Of a stretch of 64,000 nt of DNA, positions 7,844 to 17,484 are shown piece after piece; position 1 is the first letter of the stretch; each line of letters begins with the position of its first letter. Below the pieces are notes generated by a model. It was not told the DNA's origin, did no database searches, and was given only the letters and a program-made list of their open reading frames with translations. This DNA comes from a virus. The stretch lies in IMG/VR virus record IMGVR_UViG_3300031999_000009, positions 1 through 64,000 of that record. One strand, 5' to 3'. The translations under genes were made by a program, and so were the position numbers.

Positions 7844-8338
7844 ATGCCGTTCTACTACGACGTCAAGAAGACTCCTGGCACGCCAGGCACCGCCTGCACG
7901 ACGAACGGTGCAGCGAACACGCTGTCGACGCACTTCCGCTTCGCCACCATCGCCAACCAACCTGTCGCGCGCATCGCGGGTGTCTACGGCGCGGCGCGCT
8001 TTGGCACGGCGGGCGGTGCAGTGATGTATGGCATCCGTCCGGGCACAATCGGCACCGGCGGCACAGCGAACACGCCTGCGAAGCGCAACCCGCTGTCTCC
8101 GGCTGCCTCGTTGACGGCCTTCGATGACGGCACGGCGATCACGGCTGGCATCACGCCGATTCAGCAATTGTCGGTCGGTGTCGCGCAGACCGGCGGGCAG
8201 GGTGGCTGGGTCGGGTTGGAGCAGGACCACATGATCGCGTTGCAGCCGAACGCTGGCGCGAACGGCCAGTTCGAGATCGCCTCGAAGGCGAACTCGGCAT
8301 CCGTGACGTTCGACCCGCTCATCGAATTCCAAGAGTAA
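7844..8338 (+). CDS. Putative virion structural protein
   Basis: Gly/Thr/Ala-rich, beta-prone 164-aa ORF in the head module. Confidence 0.7.
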   Translation: MPFYYDVKKTPGTPGTACTTNGAANTLSTHFRFATIANQPVARIAGVYGAARFGTAGGAVMYGIRPGTIGTGGTANTPAKRNPLSPAASLTAFDDGTAITAGITPIQQLSVGVAQTGGQGGWVGLEQDHMIALQPNAGANGQFEIASKANSASVTFDPLIEFQE

Positions 8339-8341
8339 GCC

Positions 8342-8626
8342 GTGGCTGTCGGCCAAGCCACGCTCGCGTTCGGTGCGGTGCCGGGCCTCGGGGAAGCCTC
8401 GGTGGTGGTCACCGGACAGGCGGCGATCCTCGGCACGTCGCTCGTGGAGGCGTTCTTTCAGGAAGCCGTCACGGGCACCAACGATGCGGTGCAGCATCGG
8501 CAGGCGGGATGGGCGATCCGCTTGACGTGCGGCGCTATTGTGGCGGGCACCGGATTCACGATCTTCGCCGACGTGGAAGAAGGCTTCGCGGTCGGCGACT
8601 TCACCGTTCAGTGGGTATGGAACTGA
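8342..8626 (+). CDS. Putative virion structural protein
   Basis: 94-aa ORF ending in FTVQWVWN, tightly packed with its neighbours. Confidence 0.65.
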   Translation: MAVGQATLAFGAVPGLGEASVVVTGQAAILGTSLVEAFFQEAVTGTNDAVQHRQAGWAIRLTCGAIVAGTGFTIFADVEEGFAVGDFTVQWVWN

Positions 8627-8627
8627 C

Positions 8628-10100
8628 ATGAGCTTCCTCTATCGTCTGATCGGGTCGGTCACCCCGCAAGAAGTGGACACGGCGCCACAGGCGGCGCGTG
8701 GCATCCTCTACGACTTCGCCGGAAACCTCATCACGCCCGCGAACCGCGCGGCGGTGTCGGAGACGGCGGGCGGTGTCCTGCACGCGGGCAAGGACTACAA
8801 GATTGCGCGCACGCTCCGCGCCTCGCAGAATGGCGCGCTCGTCATCGCGGGCGACGAGACGATGCTGCTCAACGATTCAGGGGAGGGCACGACCCGCAAC
8901 CTGAACACGTGGATTGAGACGCTGACGACGATGGCGTCGACGCAGACGCTGGCGACCGGCTTGCTCCTGAACAGCGCCTCCACGCTGACCACCACGACGG
9001 GCATCCTTGAAAGCAGCCATCGATCGTTTCCAGTGCTGGCGAAATCCGGGCTGCACTTCCGTGCTCGCCTGCGCTTTTCGGGCGCGACGAACTGCTTCGA
9101 AGAGTGGGGCTTCTCGGACTGCGCGAGCGCGACGACGGCGCTGATCAACAACGGAGCGTTCTTCAGGCGTGACGGCGCCGGGTCGCTCCAGCCGATTCTG
9201 GCCTTCAACGGCACAGAAGGCGCGGGTCCGACGATGACGGGACCGGGCAACACGGAATACGCGTGGTATGACATTTTTCTCGAAGACGACCGCGCGACGT
9301 TCCAGATCACGTCGGTGACGGGCGTCCTCCTGTCGTCGGTGGTCATGGAGCGCGGCGCGACCGGCGGGAGCGGCACGGGTGTGGCGACGGCGGCGCGGCT
9401 GCTGGCCGTCACGCATATCCCGGCGTTCTTCCGCGTCTACAACTCTGGCGCGGCTGGCTCGGCGCCTCAGATCGCGATGACGATGTGCACCGTGCAGATG
9501 GTGGACTCGTGGTCGCAGCGGTCGATTCCGATCCAGCAATCCGGCATGTTGCTGAACGCCGCGTCGTCACCGACCGCGTTCACGCAGCTCGCCAACTGGA
9601 CGAACAGCGCCGCGCCGACGACGCGCACGCTGTCGAACACGGCGGCTGCGGAAACGACGCTTGGCGGCTTGCTCGTGGTGAACGCGATCGCGGGCGGTGC
9701 GACCGACTTGATCATGTTCGGCTGGCAGAACCCAGCGCCCTACACGTTCTACTGCGATGGCGTCTGGATTCCCGCGCCGTTGAATCAGGTGGTGGCCGTC
9801 GCCACGACCGCCACGATCTTCCAGTATTTCATGGCGTTCAATTCGAGCGCCGTCTCGCTGGCGACCGCTGCGCCCTACTCGCCTATGCGCGTGGCGCTGC
9901 CCGGTGTGCATACGGCAGCCGTCGCGCTCGCCGCGAACGCGCTGTTCTCCGGCAACCAAATCTTCGTGCAGTTCGCAACGCCGTTCGCGGTGCATCCCGG
10001 CCGGTTCCTCCATATCGGATGCCGAGAGATTGTCGGCACGGCGACCGCGACGGAAACGTATCTGTGGGCCGGTGTGGGCGTGTCAGGATTCTTCGAATAG
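8628..10100 (+). CDS. Putative head fibre/decoration protein with a lectin-like beta sandwich
   Basis: ~490-aa Thr/Ala/Gly-rich ORF; EWGF..NNGAFFR segment is concanavalin-like (inference). Confidence 0.6.
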   Translation: MSFLYRLIGSVTPQEVDTAPQAARGILYDFAGNLITPANRAAVSETAGGVLHAGKDYKIARTLRASQNGALVIAGDETMLLNDSGEGTTRNLNTWIETLTTMASTQTLATGLLLNSASTLTTTTGILESSHRSFPVLAKSGLHFRARLRFSGATNCFEEWGFSDCASATTALINNGAFFRRDGAGSLQPILAFNGTEGAGPTMTGPGNTEYAWYDIFLEDDRATFQITSVTGVLLSSVVMERGATGGSGTGVATAARLLAVTHIPAFFRVYNSGAAGSAPQIAMTMCTVQMVDSWSQRSIPIQQSGMLLNAASSPTAFTQLANWTNSAAPTTRTLSNTAAAETTLGGLLVVNAIAGGATDLIMFGWQNPAPYTFYCDGVWIPAPLNQVVAVATTATIFQYFMAFNSSAVSLATAAPYSPMRVALPGVHTAAVALAANALFSGNQIFVQFATPFAVHPGRFLHIGCREIVGTATATETYLWAGVGVSGFFE

Positions 10101-10107
10101 GTGGAGT

Positions 10108-10287
10108 GTGCCGTTCTACCGCGTGACGCTCGACCCTGTGCGGGTAGAGGCCACATCGCCGGACGCGGCGGTTCGGCAGGTCATCCAGGGCTCGCCCGTA
10201 TTTCGCGTGGTGGAAATGATTCGTCGAGAGTCGTGGGACCAAGGAGCGGAAACGCTCGTGACGAGGGCGCCAGGTCCACAACCGTAG
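10108..10287 (+). CDS. Small hypothetical protein
   Basis: GGAG RBS; MPFYRV N-terminus shared with 21001. Confidence 0.5.
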   Translation: MPFYRVTLDPVRVEATSPDAAVRQVIQGSPVFRVVEMIRRESWDQGAETLVTRAPGPQP

Positions 10288-10298
10288 GAGGCTAGCCC

Positions 10299-12404
10299 GT
10301 GTCACTGCTGCTTGCTGCGGCACCACCGCCGGTAGCGCAGCCGGACACAGCCGAATCCTTCCGCGGCGACGTTCGTCCGTTCCGCAGAAACCTCCGCAAT
10401 AACGCCGTCCGTGCGCTCGCTGCGGCGCTTCTCCTCTACAACAATGTCGATGTAACCGTCGTTGCGGCTGAAGCGGACACGTTCGTCCAGTCAGTCCAAG
10501 GCACCCGCGCGCTCTCCGCGGCCAATACTGCCTTCGCGCAACGCGCTGGGCGCATCGCCGCCCCACTTGGCTGGACGGTGCCGGCGACTGTCGCCGAGGA
10601 ACAAGACACCGTTGTTCAGGACGTTCAGGGCACCAGGCAGCTGGCGACTGCCGCGCGTGCGTTCGCGCGACGCGCGGGTCTTGCCGCGCCGCTCGGGTGG
10701 TTTACCCCGAAAGACACGACTTACGAGACAGAGCCGTGGATCCAGCCGGTCGCTGGCGCTGAGACGGTCCTCGGGCGTTCGCTGGCACGTCTCCGCGCTG
10801 TTGCCAAACGGGCGGCCCCGTATGGCTGGTTCACGCCAGAAGACTTCACGACCGAGGAGTCCACGTGGACGCAGGCGCCGCAGGGCACCCGCGCAATCTC
10901 ACTCACCGCAGGCCGCGATCGTGCGCGAGCGGTCACCGCCAGCCGTTACCTCTGGTCGCAGAGCTACGACGATTTCCAGCAGGCGGACCCGCTCCAGCCG
11001 ACGCAGGGCACGGCCTCGCTTGGCCAATCGCTGGCCGCGTTCCGCCGCGTCGCCGTGCAGTCCGCGAGACTTGGCTGGTTCCAGCCAGAAGACTTCACGA
11101 CCGAGGAATCCACGTGGACGCAGCCTGTCCAGGGCACATCCGCGCTGGCTGGTGCGCAGCGCGCCACGACGCTCAGGGCTCGCACCGCGGCACAACTTGG
11201 CTGGTTCGCGCCTGAAGACATCTCGTTCGTCGAGCCGACGCCCGTCCAAGACGTGCAGGGCACGGCGTCCATCAGGACTGGTTTGCGTGCGTCGCTGTCC
11301 CGCGCCACCCTCGCCGCGCGCTACGGCTGGTTTACGCCGTCAGACGATTCTGTTCAGGAACAGCACGACCCAACGCAACCAGTGCAGGGGACGTCCGCGC
11401 TTGCCGCTGGTCTGCGGCTCGTCCGCCTGCGCGCGGGACAAGCCTCGGCTTTGGGCTGGTTCACGCCCAAGGACGATTCGTTTGTCGAGCCGACGCCCAT
11501 CCAGCCAGTTCAGGGCACTGCGTCCCTGTTGGCGATGGCTCGTGGTCGGCGAGCGGCGGCGGTCATCTCGGCTCGGCTCGGGTGGTTCTCCCCTGGTGAT
11601 CTCACCGATATTCCTGAGCCGTGGATTCAGCCCGTTCAAGGCACCACGGCACTTCGCGTCGCGTCGCAGTCAGCGTGGCAGCGGGCTCGGATTGCCGCCA
11701 CTTACACCTGGTTCGTCAGCACCGATACGACTACCGAGGCTGACCCGACCGTCCAGCCGACACAGGGCGCAGGCGCGCTGTTTCGCGCGAACCTGGGCTT
11801 CGCGTCGCGCGCGCGCGTGGCCGTTCGCTACCTCTGGTTCACGCCGTCTGACGGAACCGCTGAAGAATCGACGTGGACGCAGGACGTTCAGGGTGTGCGT
11901 CAGCTGCGCGCCGCCTCGATTGAGTTCCGCCGCCGCGTGCAAGCAGCCGTGGCGCTGTTCTGGGCGAACGGCACCGACGCCAGCGTCGAGCCCGAGCCGC
12001 CCGTCCAGCCCATCCAGGGCACAAGCTCGGTGTCACGTGCGGCCGTCGCTTTCCGCGCGCGAGCCGCCAAGGCTGTCCGCCTGCTCTGGTTCACGTCCGA
12101 GGACGACAGCACGGACACGGGCACGACCGAGCTCTACCTCCAGCCCACGGTGGGCACGCAGAACTTGCGTCGCAGTCAGCAGTTGTTCTGGTCGCGGGCT
12201 CGTGCGGCATCCTCGCTGCTGGTCAGCTATGGCACAGACGAAAGCTTCGTCCCGCCTCTCCAGTTCCTCCCGATCTACCGGTTCGACGTGGAGAGTTCAC
12301 AGCTTTTCGCAATTGATGCGACACTGACCACTGCGGTGTGTGATGAGGTTGAGCGCGTGTCACTGGTGAGCGACGACGCCCTGTTCTATTCGGTCTTCGA
12401 GTAA
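10299..12404 (+). CDS. Repeat protein with 14 copies of a ~42-aa unit
   Basis: Repeat Q-P/D-VQGT-x(20)-LGWF-x-P-x-D; GGAGG RBS. Confidence 0.8.
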   Translation: MSLLLAAAPPPVAQPDTAESFRGDVRPFRRNLRNNAVRALAAALLLYNNVDVTVVAAEADTFVQSVQGTRALSAANTAFAQRAGRIAAPLGWTVPATVAEEQDTVVQDVQGTRQLATAARAFARRAGLAAPLGWFTPKDTTYETEPWIQPVAGAETVLGRSLARLRAVAKRAAPYGWFTPEDFTTEESTWTQAPQGTRAISLTAGRDRARAVTASRYLWSQSYDDFQQADPLQPTQGTASLGQSLAAFRRVAVQSARLGWFQPEDFTTEESTWTQPVQGTSALAGAQRATTLRARTAAQLGWFAPEDISFVEPTPVQDVQGTASIRTGLRASLSRATLAARYGWFTPSDDSVQEQHDPTQPVQGTSALAAGLRLVRLRAGQASALGWFTPKDDSFVEPTPIQPVQGTASLLAMARGRRAAAVISARLGWFSPGDLTDIPEPWIQPVQGTTALRVASQSAWQRARIAATYTWFVSTDTTTEADPTVQPTQGAGALFRANLGFASRARVAVRYLWFTPSDGTAEESTWTQDVQGVRQLRAASIEFRRRVQAAVALFWANGTDASVEPEPPVQPIQGTSSVSRAAVAFRARAAKAVRLLWFTSEDDSTDTGTTELYLQPTVGTQNLRRSQQLFWSRARAASSLLVSYGTDESFVPPLQFLPIYRFDVESSQLFAIDATLTTAVCDEVERVSLVSDDALFYSVFE

Positions 12405-12413
12405 GGTCAACAC

Positions 12414-12554
12414 ATGGACGTGAGCACCAGCCGCACGGTAGACTTCGCCGTCGAGGTCATCCTTGTTGAACCGCTGATCGTCGCGCGATTCGATGTCTCG
12501 GTTAGCCAGGTCGTGGCGAACGATGTGGCCATGGAACATCCGGAGGCTGTATGA
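12414..12554 (+). CDS. Small protein resembling the C-terminus of the repeat protein
   Basis: TAAGG RBS; RFDVSVSQ versus RFDVESSQ; ATGA overlap with the next gene. Confidence 0.5.
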   Translation: MDVSTSRTVDFAVEVILVEPLIVARFDVSVSQVVANDVAMEHPEAV

Positions 12555-12868
12555 GCGGTGGACAAGTGCAGTTGCGAGTCGGCGACGAGGCCAGCATCAT
12601 CCGTGTGACCGTGAAGGACGCCGGCGTGGCGCTGAATCTCGCGACGGCTACGGTCAAGCAGTTCAAACTCAAGAAGCCCAGCGGCACGGTCGTGGTCAAA
12701 GACACCGTCTTCACCACCAACGGCGTCGATGGCCAGCTTCAGTATGTGACACTGGCCGGCGACCTCGACGTGCCTGGCCCGTGGATGGTTCAGGTCTACA
12801 TTGAGATGGGCACGCAGAAGTTCCACACCACCATGTTCAGCCTTCCCGTTTCGGCGAACCTGAGCTGA
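12551..12868 (+). CDS. BppU N-terminal-like Ig-fold virion protein
   Basis: VGD...IRVTV...LNL......KKPSG...DGQLQY....GDLDVPGPW pattern. Confidence 0.65.
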   Translation: MSGGQVQLRVGDEASIIRVTVKDAGVALNLATATVKQFKLKKPSGTVVVKDTVFTTNGVDGQLQYVTLAGDLDVPGPWMVQVYIEMGTQKFHTTMFSLPVSANLS

Positions 12869-12872
12869 TGCC

Positions 12873-14534
12873 ATGGAACAGCTGACGCTCTTGAACGTGG
12901 ACGCGCTGCCCTACCGCGATCGCTTGCTACTGAAGGCTGATCCCGCGCCGCTGCCGCCCCCGGTGATGGCGGCCTTGGAATTGTTGTCCACGCTGGCGAC
13001 GGTCAAGGACGGTGTGGGCCCCACGTCGGTCAAGTCGTCGAACGTATTCCGTCGACCCGCCGTGCAGCTGCGCGTCCCGTTGAATCGTAAGACCACGGTG
13101 AACGTGCGGCAGGACATTCCCCTTGACCGGCTCGAGCCGACGCAGGAGAAAATCCCCGCGGTCGGGTTGCAGGTTTACATCGTCCGTCCACGGCGTGACC
13201 CACCAGATGTGTTGCATGTCGTGATGCGCGACGGTCGCGATCGGCTCGTGGTGCAGGAAGGTCACACGCGTCTCGGCGCTGCGGTGTTGCGCGGCGAGAC
13301 GACCATGAACGCGCGTGTCTGGGAGTTCGTGCAGGACGCCGCTGGTGACTTCGTGCCGGTCCCGCGTGGGCTTCAAAAGCGCGGGCTCGACAAGGCGTCG
13401 CACGCGTTGAGCTACCGCGAACGCCTGACGCTCCTCGCCGCGCAGTCTGAGGTTGCTGACAGCGACGTCATCAATCTGCCGAAAGCCGGCTGGAGTGCGC
13501 CGGCGGCGACTGATTACGACGAGTGCCTCGCGCAGAATAGCGATAAGGCCGATCCTGGAGCCTACTGCCGCACGCTTGGTATTCTTCCGCCAGACGAGGA
13601 CGACGAGGAAGAAGCCGAGGACGAGGGCGACGCACCCGAGACGGTCAACATGCCGGACATCGCGGACGTGTCGTTCCCGTCGATGATCGGGGCCATGCCG
13701 TCGAGTGCACCCGCCGGGTCCACCGTGACGAAGCGCAAGCGCAAGCGGCCAGTTGTCTACAAGGGCGTGCGCCTGAGTCGCTGGCCCATGAAGTTCGAGG
13801 CGGAGGTCATGTCGCTGTCGGAGATCCCGCCGCGCCTGGACATGGCTGTCGAGACAGTGCTCGCTGACGGGCAGTCGCTGCACGCCACGATGCAAGACAT
13901 CGCGAACTTTGGTTCACGCGAAGTCGTGCGCGAATTGGTGCGTCAGGGCGCGCCAGACACGCTGCTGTCTGCGGTCCCTCCCGTCGACGCGACCGATTGC
14001 TGGTCCGCGCTGACGCGCGATCGAGACAGCGACCTGGCGGCTGCGCGTGCTGACACTGCGCATCGCGTGGGTCGTCGCCGGCTGAGCCAACAGCGCCGCG
14101 ACCAGCTGACCGATCAGTTGTTCGAGCTGCGCGTGCCTGGCATCACCAAGCGGTATGCGAAGCGCGCGGTGAATGACGCCTTCGCGCTCGGGCGCTCGAC
14201 GGCCATCACGTTCTTTCGCCGCAAGCACGAGGCCGTCAACTTGGCCTACCGTGACGAGAATGGCCGTTTCATCAGCGAGATTGAGGCCGTCAACAGCGGC
14301 ATCATCGCGATCGACTTCGTCGTGCAGACCGCCATCATGGACACGCACACGTGCGACGAGTGCTCCGAGGTGGACGGCGAAACGATGGACCTCGGCGATG
14401 CGCGTCAGGAAGAGTTGCATCCGCCCTACGTGAAGTGCTTGGGCGGTGACCAGTGCCGGTGCGTGCAGATCGCTGTGCTGGAGAATGGGAAGGAAATCAA
14501 TGTTGACGAGATTGACGAAGACACCATTGGTTGA
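12873..14534 (+). CDS. MuF-like head morphogenesis protein with an N-terminal ParB/Srx-like domain
   Basis: LEPTQE...LVVQEGHTRLGAA (ParB-like); AIMDTHTCDECSEVDG...CLGGDQCRC (MuF). Confidence 0.75.
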   Translation: MEQLTLLNVDALPYRDRLLLKADPAPLPPPVMAALELLSTLATVKDGVGPTSVKSSNVFRRPAVQLRVPLNRKTTVNVRQDIPLDRLEPTQEKIPAVGLQVYIVRPRRDPPDVLHVVMRDGRDRLVVQEGHTRLGAAVLRGETTMNARVWEFVQDAAGDFVPVPRGLQKRGLDKASHALSYRERLTLLAAQSEVADSDVINLPKAGWSAPAATDYDECLAQNSDKADPGAYCRTLGILPPDEDDEEEAEDEGDAPETVNMPDIADVSFPSMIGAMPSSAPAGSTVTKRKRKRPVVYKGVRLSRWPMKFEAEVMSLSEIPPRLDMAVETVLADGQSLHATMQDIANFGSREVVRELVRQGAPDTLLSAVPPVDATDCWSALTRDRDSDLAAARADTAHRVGRRRLSQQRRDQLTDQLFELRVPGITKRYAKRAVNDAFALGRSTAITFFRRKHEAVNLAYRDENGRFISEIEAVNSGIIAIDFVVQTAIMDTHTCDECSEVDGETMDLGDARQEELHPPYVKCLGGDQCRCVQIAVLENGKEINVDEIDEDTIG

Positions 14535-14844
14535 GACGCTGCGGTCGTCGTGGAAGCGCTGGCTCGTGCCGTCGGTGCCGCCTGGCCAAATCACGGACGG
14601 TGCCAAGTTGATTCTCGAGACGGCCGTCTACGTGGAAGCGCGGTGCCCCTGTGGGTCCGAGCACATTCATCGACTCGACCTGTTCTCCACCTCGGAGTGC
14701 CGTCGCTGCAATCGCACGATTGCGATTCGCTCCATCCAATATTTCCGCCCTGGGCCGCACGTGATGCCCGACCCGCAGTTCACGATCGGATTCGTGCTGA
14801 CGGATGAAGCGCTGGCCCGCCGACGCACCTCCGGCGTGCACTGA
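14527..14844 (+). CDS. Zinc-ribbon protein
   Basis: CPCG...CRRC; start uncertain. Confidence 0.55.
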   Translation: MVETLRSSWKRWLVPSVPPGQITDGAKLILETAVYVEARCPCGSEHIHRLDLFSTSECRRCNRTIAIRSIQYFRPGPHVMPDPQFTIGFVLTDEALARRRTSGVH

Positions 14845-14847
14845 TTC

Positions 14848-15066
14848 ATGCGCCGCTGTGATTTCTGCAGCTGGCGCAAAGCCATGACTCTGCAAGACGC
14901 GTCGGGGCGCTGGGGATGGACATATATCTGCGCGGTGTGCGGGACCGGATTGGTCTTCACAAGCACTTACAGCCCAAATTCCAAACGAGGCGTCTTTAGA
15001 ATCAGTGGGTTGCAAGAAAAGCTTGCCAAAGAAGAAAAATCAGAACAAAGTAGCGCTCGTGCGTAG
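14848..15066 (+). CDS. Zinc-ribbon protein
   Basis: CDFC...CAVC. Confidence 0.45.
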   Translation: MRRCDFCSWRKAMTLQDASGRWGWTYICAVCGTGLVFTSTYSPNSKRGVFRISGLQEKLAKEEKSEQSSARA

Positions 15067-15073
15067 CGAACCC

Positions 15074-16780
15074 ATGAACAAGGTGATCCTGTCCTGGCCG
15101 AGCCTTATCCAGCTCGCCGAGGCTACCGCCGGTTCAGCGTCGCGCTCGTGGATTCAACTCGCTCGCACCGGCTCATTCGTGAGCAACCGCTACGGGAAGT
15201 TCAGCATCACGCGGGAAGACCTCACGACGATGCTGTCGAACTTCAACGACATCACGCCGAAGGCTCCCACGGAGCTCCCTATCGACTACGACCACCTCAG
15301 CATGGACCCCAAGAAGCCCGGCGACGGGATGGCGGCCGGGTGGATGAAGAAGCTGGAGCTGCGCGGAGACGGCGAAGAGCTGTGGGCCGAGGTCGAGTGG
15401 ACGCCAGATGGGGCTGCCCGCATCGCCAAGAAGGAATACCGCTTCGTCTCGCCATCGTTCGTGAAAGATCACACGCACAAGGATGGCAAGAAGATCGGGA
15501 CGACGCTCCTGGCTGCGGCGATCACGAACCATCCCTTCCTCGAAGGAATGAAGGCGCTGACCCTTTACAATTTCTCCGCGATGGGCGATGTGGCGTTGAA
15601 CACGGACGCCGCGCTCGAAGTGGTCAACTTGGCTGAAATCGGTCAGCGCGTCATGATCGCGCCGGGCAATGCGCGCACGCAGGACGAAATCGGTGGCACC
15701 TTCGAAATCACAGAGGCCGTGGGCGAGGGCGATGACTGTTTCGTGACCGTCAAGGACGCGAACGGCGTGCCGCACAAGTGGTTCCGCGCCACGGAACTGC
15801 TGCCCGCGAGCGCGACGCCCGCCAACCCGATTCAACCGAATCTGGTGCCAGCGCCAGCCGAAGGGGACATCGCGGCGCCGCATCCAGACATTGCCACCGC
15901 GACGGCCGCTGTGGCCAGCAAGCCTGCGGCGCCAGCGACACCCGCAGTTCCAGGCGATCCCGCAGCGGCTGGGAAAGCGGCCAGCGATGCGGCTCAGGCT
16001 GGAGACAAGCCAGACGACCCTGACAAGCCTGCCGAGGCTGCCTCGCCCGACGCTCAGAAGCCTGGTGATGCGGCTGGCGAAAACGAGAAAAAAGTAGCAT
16101 CTGGCGAGAAAACGCCGCAAAATGTTGGCGCAGGCAATGACGTCGAAGCGCTGATCAAGCAGAAAGTCGCCGCTGCACTCGCAGGGGCACATCCGAAGGG
16201 GACCGCGAACATGATGTTCAAGCTCCGTAACGACAAGAACGAAGAAATCGAAGTCACGGCCGAGCAGCTTGCCGCGGCGGGCATCAACGTGGTTCCTGAA
16301 GGCGCCACCGCGATTCCGACGGCGGAGCTGGACACGATGAAGGGCACGATCACCAACCTGTCGAGCCGGCTCGACACGATGGCGGCCGAGTCGGTCAAGT
16401 CGGCGAAGGCCGCGCGTGTGATCGAGCTCAACACCGAGCTGACGCGCCTCTCGACGGCTGGCCTCATCACCAAGGCCACGCGCGACAAGCTCTTCGAGCT
16501 CTACCAGGACGCTGCGGATCTCGCGCCGTTCCGTTCGCTGGCAAGCACGTTCACGACGCCGGTCGTGCAGCTGAACACCGAGCACGGGTCGGGCGGCAAG
16601 GCCGAAGCGACCGAAGTGCCGAAGGGCGAGGACGCGACGAAGAAGATCATCGCGCTCGCGAACACGATCGCCAAGGAGCGCGGCATTTCGCTGCGCGATG
16701 CGACGATCGCCGCCGGCGCCCAGCTGGGCCCGGAGTCGGAAGCGTATCGCGACCAGTTCATGCCGACCGTCGGCGCGTAA
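15074..16780 (+). CDS. Mu gpI-like prohead protease with C-terminal scaffold
   Basis: LPIDYDH, AAGW, LWAEVEWT, EYRFVSPSF, AAITNHPFL; helical C-terminus. Confidence 0.9.
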   Translation: MNKVILSWPSLIQLAEATAGSASRSWIQLARTGSFVSNRYGKFSITREDLTTMLSNFNDITPKAPTELPIDYDHLSMDPKKPGDGMAAGWMKKLELRGDGEELWAEVEWTPDGAARIAKKEYRFVSPSFVKDHTHKDGKKIGTTLLAAAITNHPFLEGMKALTLYNFSAMGDVALNTDAALEVVNLAEIGQRVMIAPGNARTQDEIGGTFEITEAVGEGDDCFVTVKDANGVPHKWFRATELLPASATPANPIQPNLVPAPAEGDIAAPHPDIATATAAVASKPAAPATPAVPGDPAAAGKAASDAAQAGDKPDDPDKPAEAASPDAQKPGDAAGENEKKVASGEKTPQNVGAGNDVEALIKQKVAAALAGAHPKGTANMMFKLRNDKNEEIEVTAEQLAAAGINVVPEGATAIPTAELDTMKGTITNLSSRLDTMAAESVKSAKAARVIELNTELTRLSTAGLITKATRDKLFELYQDAADLAPFRSLASTFTTPVVQLNTEHGSGGKAEATEVPKGEDATKKIIALANTIAKERGISLRDATIAAGAQLGPESEAYRDQFMPTVGA

Positions 16781-16790
16781 ACGAGTTAGG

Positions 16791-16957
16791 CGACCAGTGT
16801 AGGGCTCCGCTTCCAACGGAGCCTGAAGCCGCAGGCTAGCCTCCTGCGGTGAGGAAGGGATTCCTCGTATTGGTCGACAGGGGCTGCAAGGGATTTTGGC
16901 CTCCCTGCCATCGCGGTTGAAACCGCGGTCGCAGTGGAGGCTTTTCTTTTGTAGCCC
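16791..16957 (+). ncRNA. Structured intergenic RNA (four-way junction plus long hairpin)
   Basis: Closing stem 16791-16799/16868-16876, three hairpins, then a rod at 16881-16957. Confidence 0.55.
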
Positions 16958-16989
16958 GCACCTCTTTCACCGTAATAGGAGACGAGCAC

Positions 16990-17385
16990 ATGCGCGTAAA
17001 TCTTGTCGGACAGGACATCACGCTCGAAGCGGCGGCGGACCTGTCGACGCACCAATACAAGTTCCTCAAGGGTGCGGCGGCCGTCGCGGGCGGCCAGCTG
17101 GCACGCGTTGACGTGGCCGGCGCCAACGAGCGGTGCTTCGGCATCCTTCAGAACAAGCCGAACGCGGCGGGCCTGGGCGCCGTCGTGCGTATCGACGGAC
17201 GGTCGAAGTTGCAGACCGACGCGAGCGCGATTCTTGTCGGCTCACCCGTGAAGTCCGGCGCGCTCGGCGTGGGCGTGCTGGCGGGCACCGACAAGGACAA
17301 GGTTGGCGCGATCTCGTTGGAGGCGAACGGTTCGGTCGCCATCATCATCGACGCGCTGATCTGCAACTACGACCTCGCGGTCTAG
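16990..17385 (+). CDS. Capsid cement/decoration protein (DUF2190-like)
   Basis: AAADLS..QYKF, GILQNKP; directly before the major capsid gene. Confidence 0.8.
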   Translation: MRVNLVGQDITLEAAADLSTHQYKFLKGAAAVAGGQLARVDVAGANERCFGILQNKPNAAGLGAVVRIDGRSKLQTDASAILVGSPVKSGALGVGVLAGTDKDKVGAISLEANGSVAIIIDALICNYDLAV

Positions 17386-17484
17386 TCGCAATCTCTCGAC
17401 GGCGGACGCGCGGGCGCAAGCTGTGGGCCGTAGGCCACGTCTCGCGGGGGTCACCGTCTCAACTCTCATTGATAGGGCTACACA

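Noticed and set aside
10462-12327. 621-aa alternate-frame ORF over the repeat gene
   Set aside because: Arg/Ser/Pro-rich frame-shift shadow; the repeat motif is coherent only in the 10299 frame.
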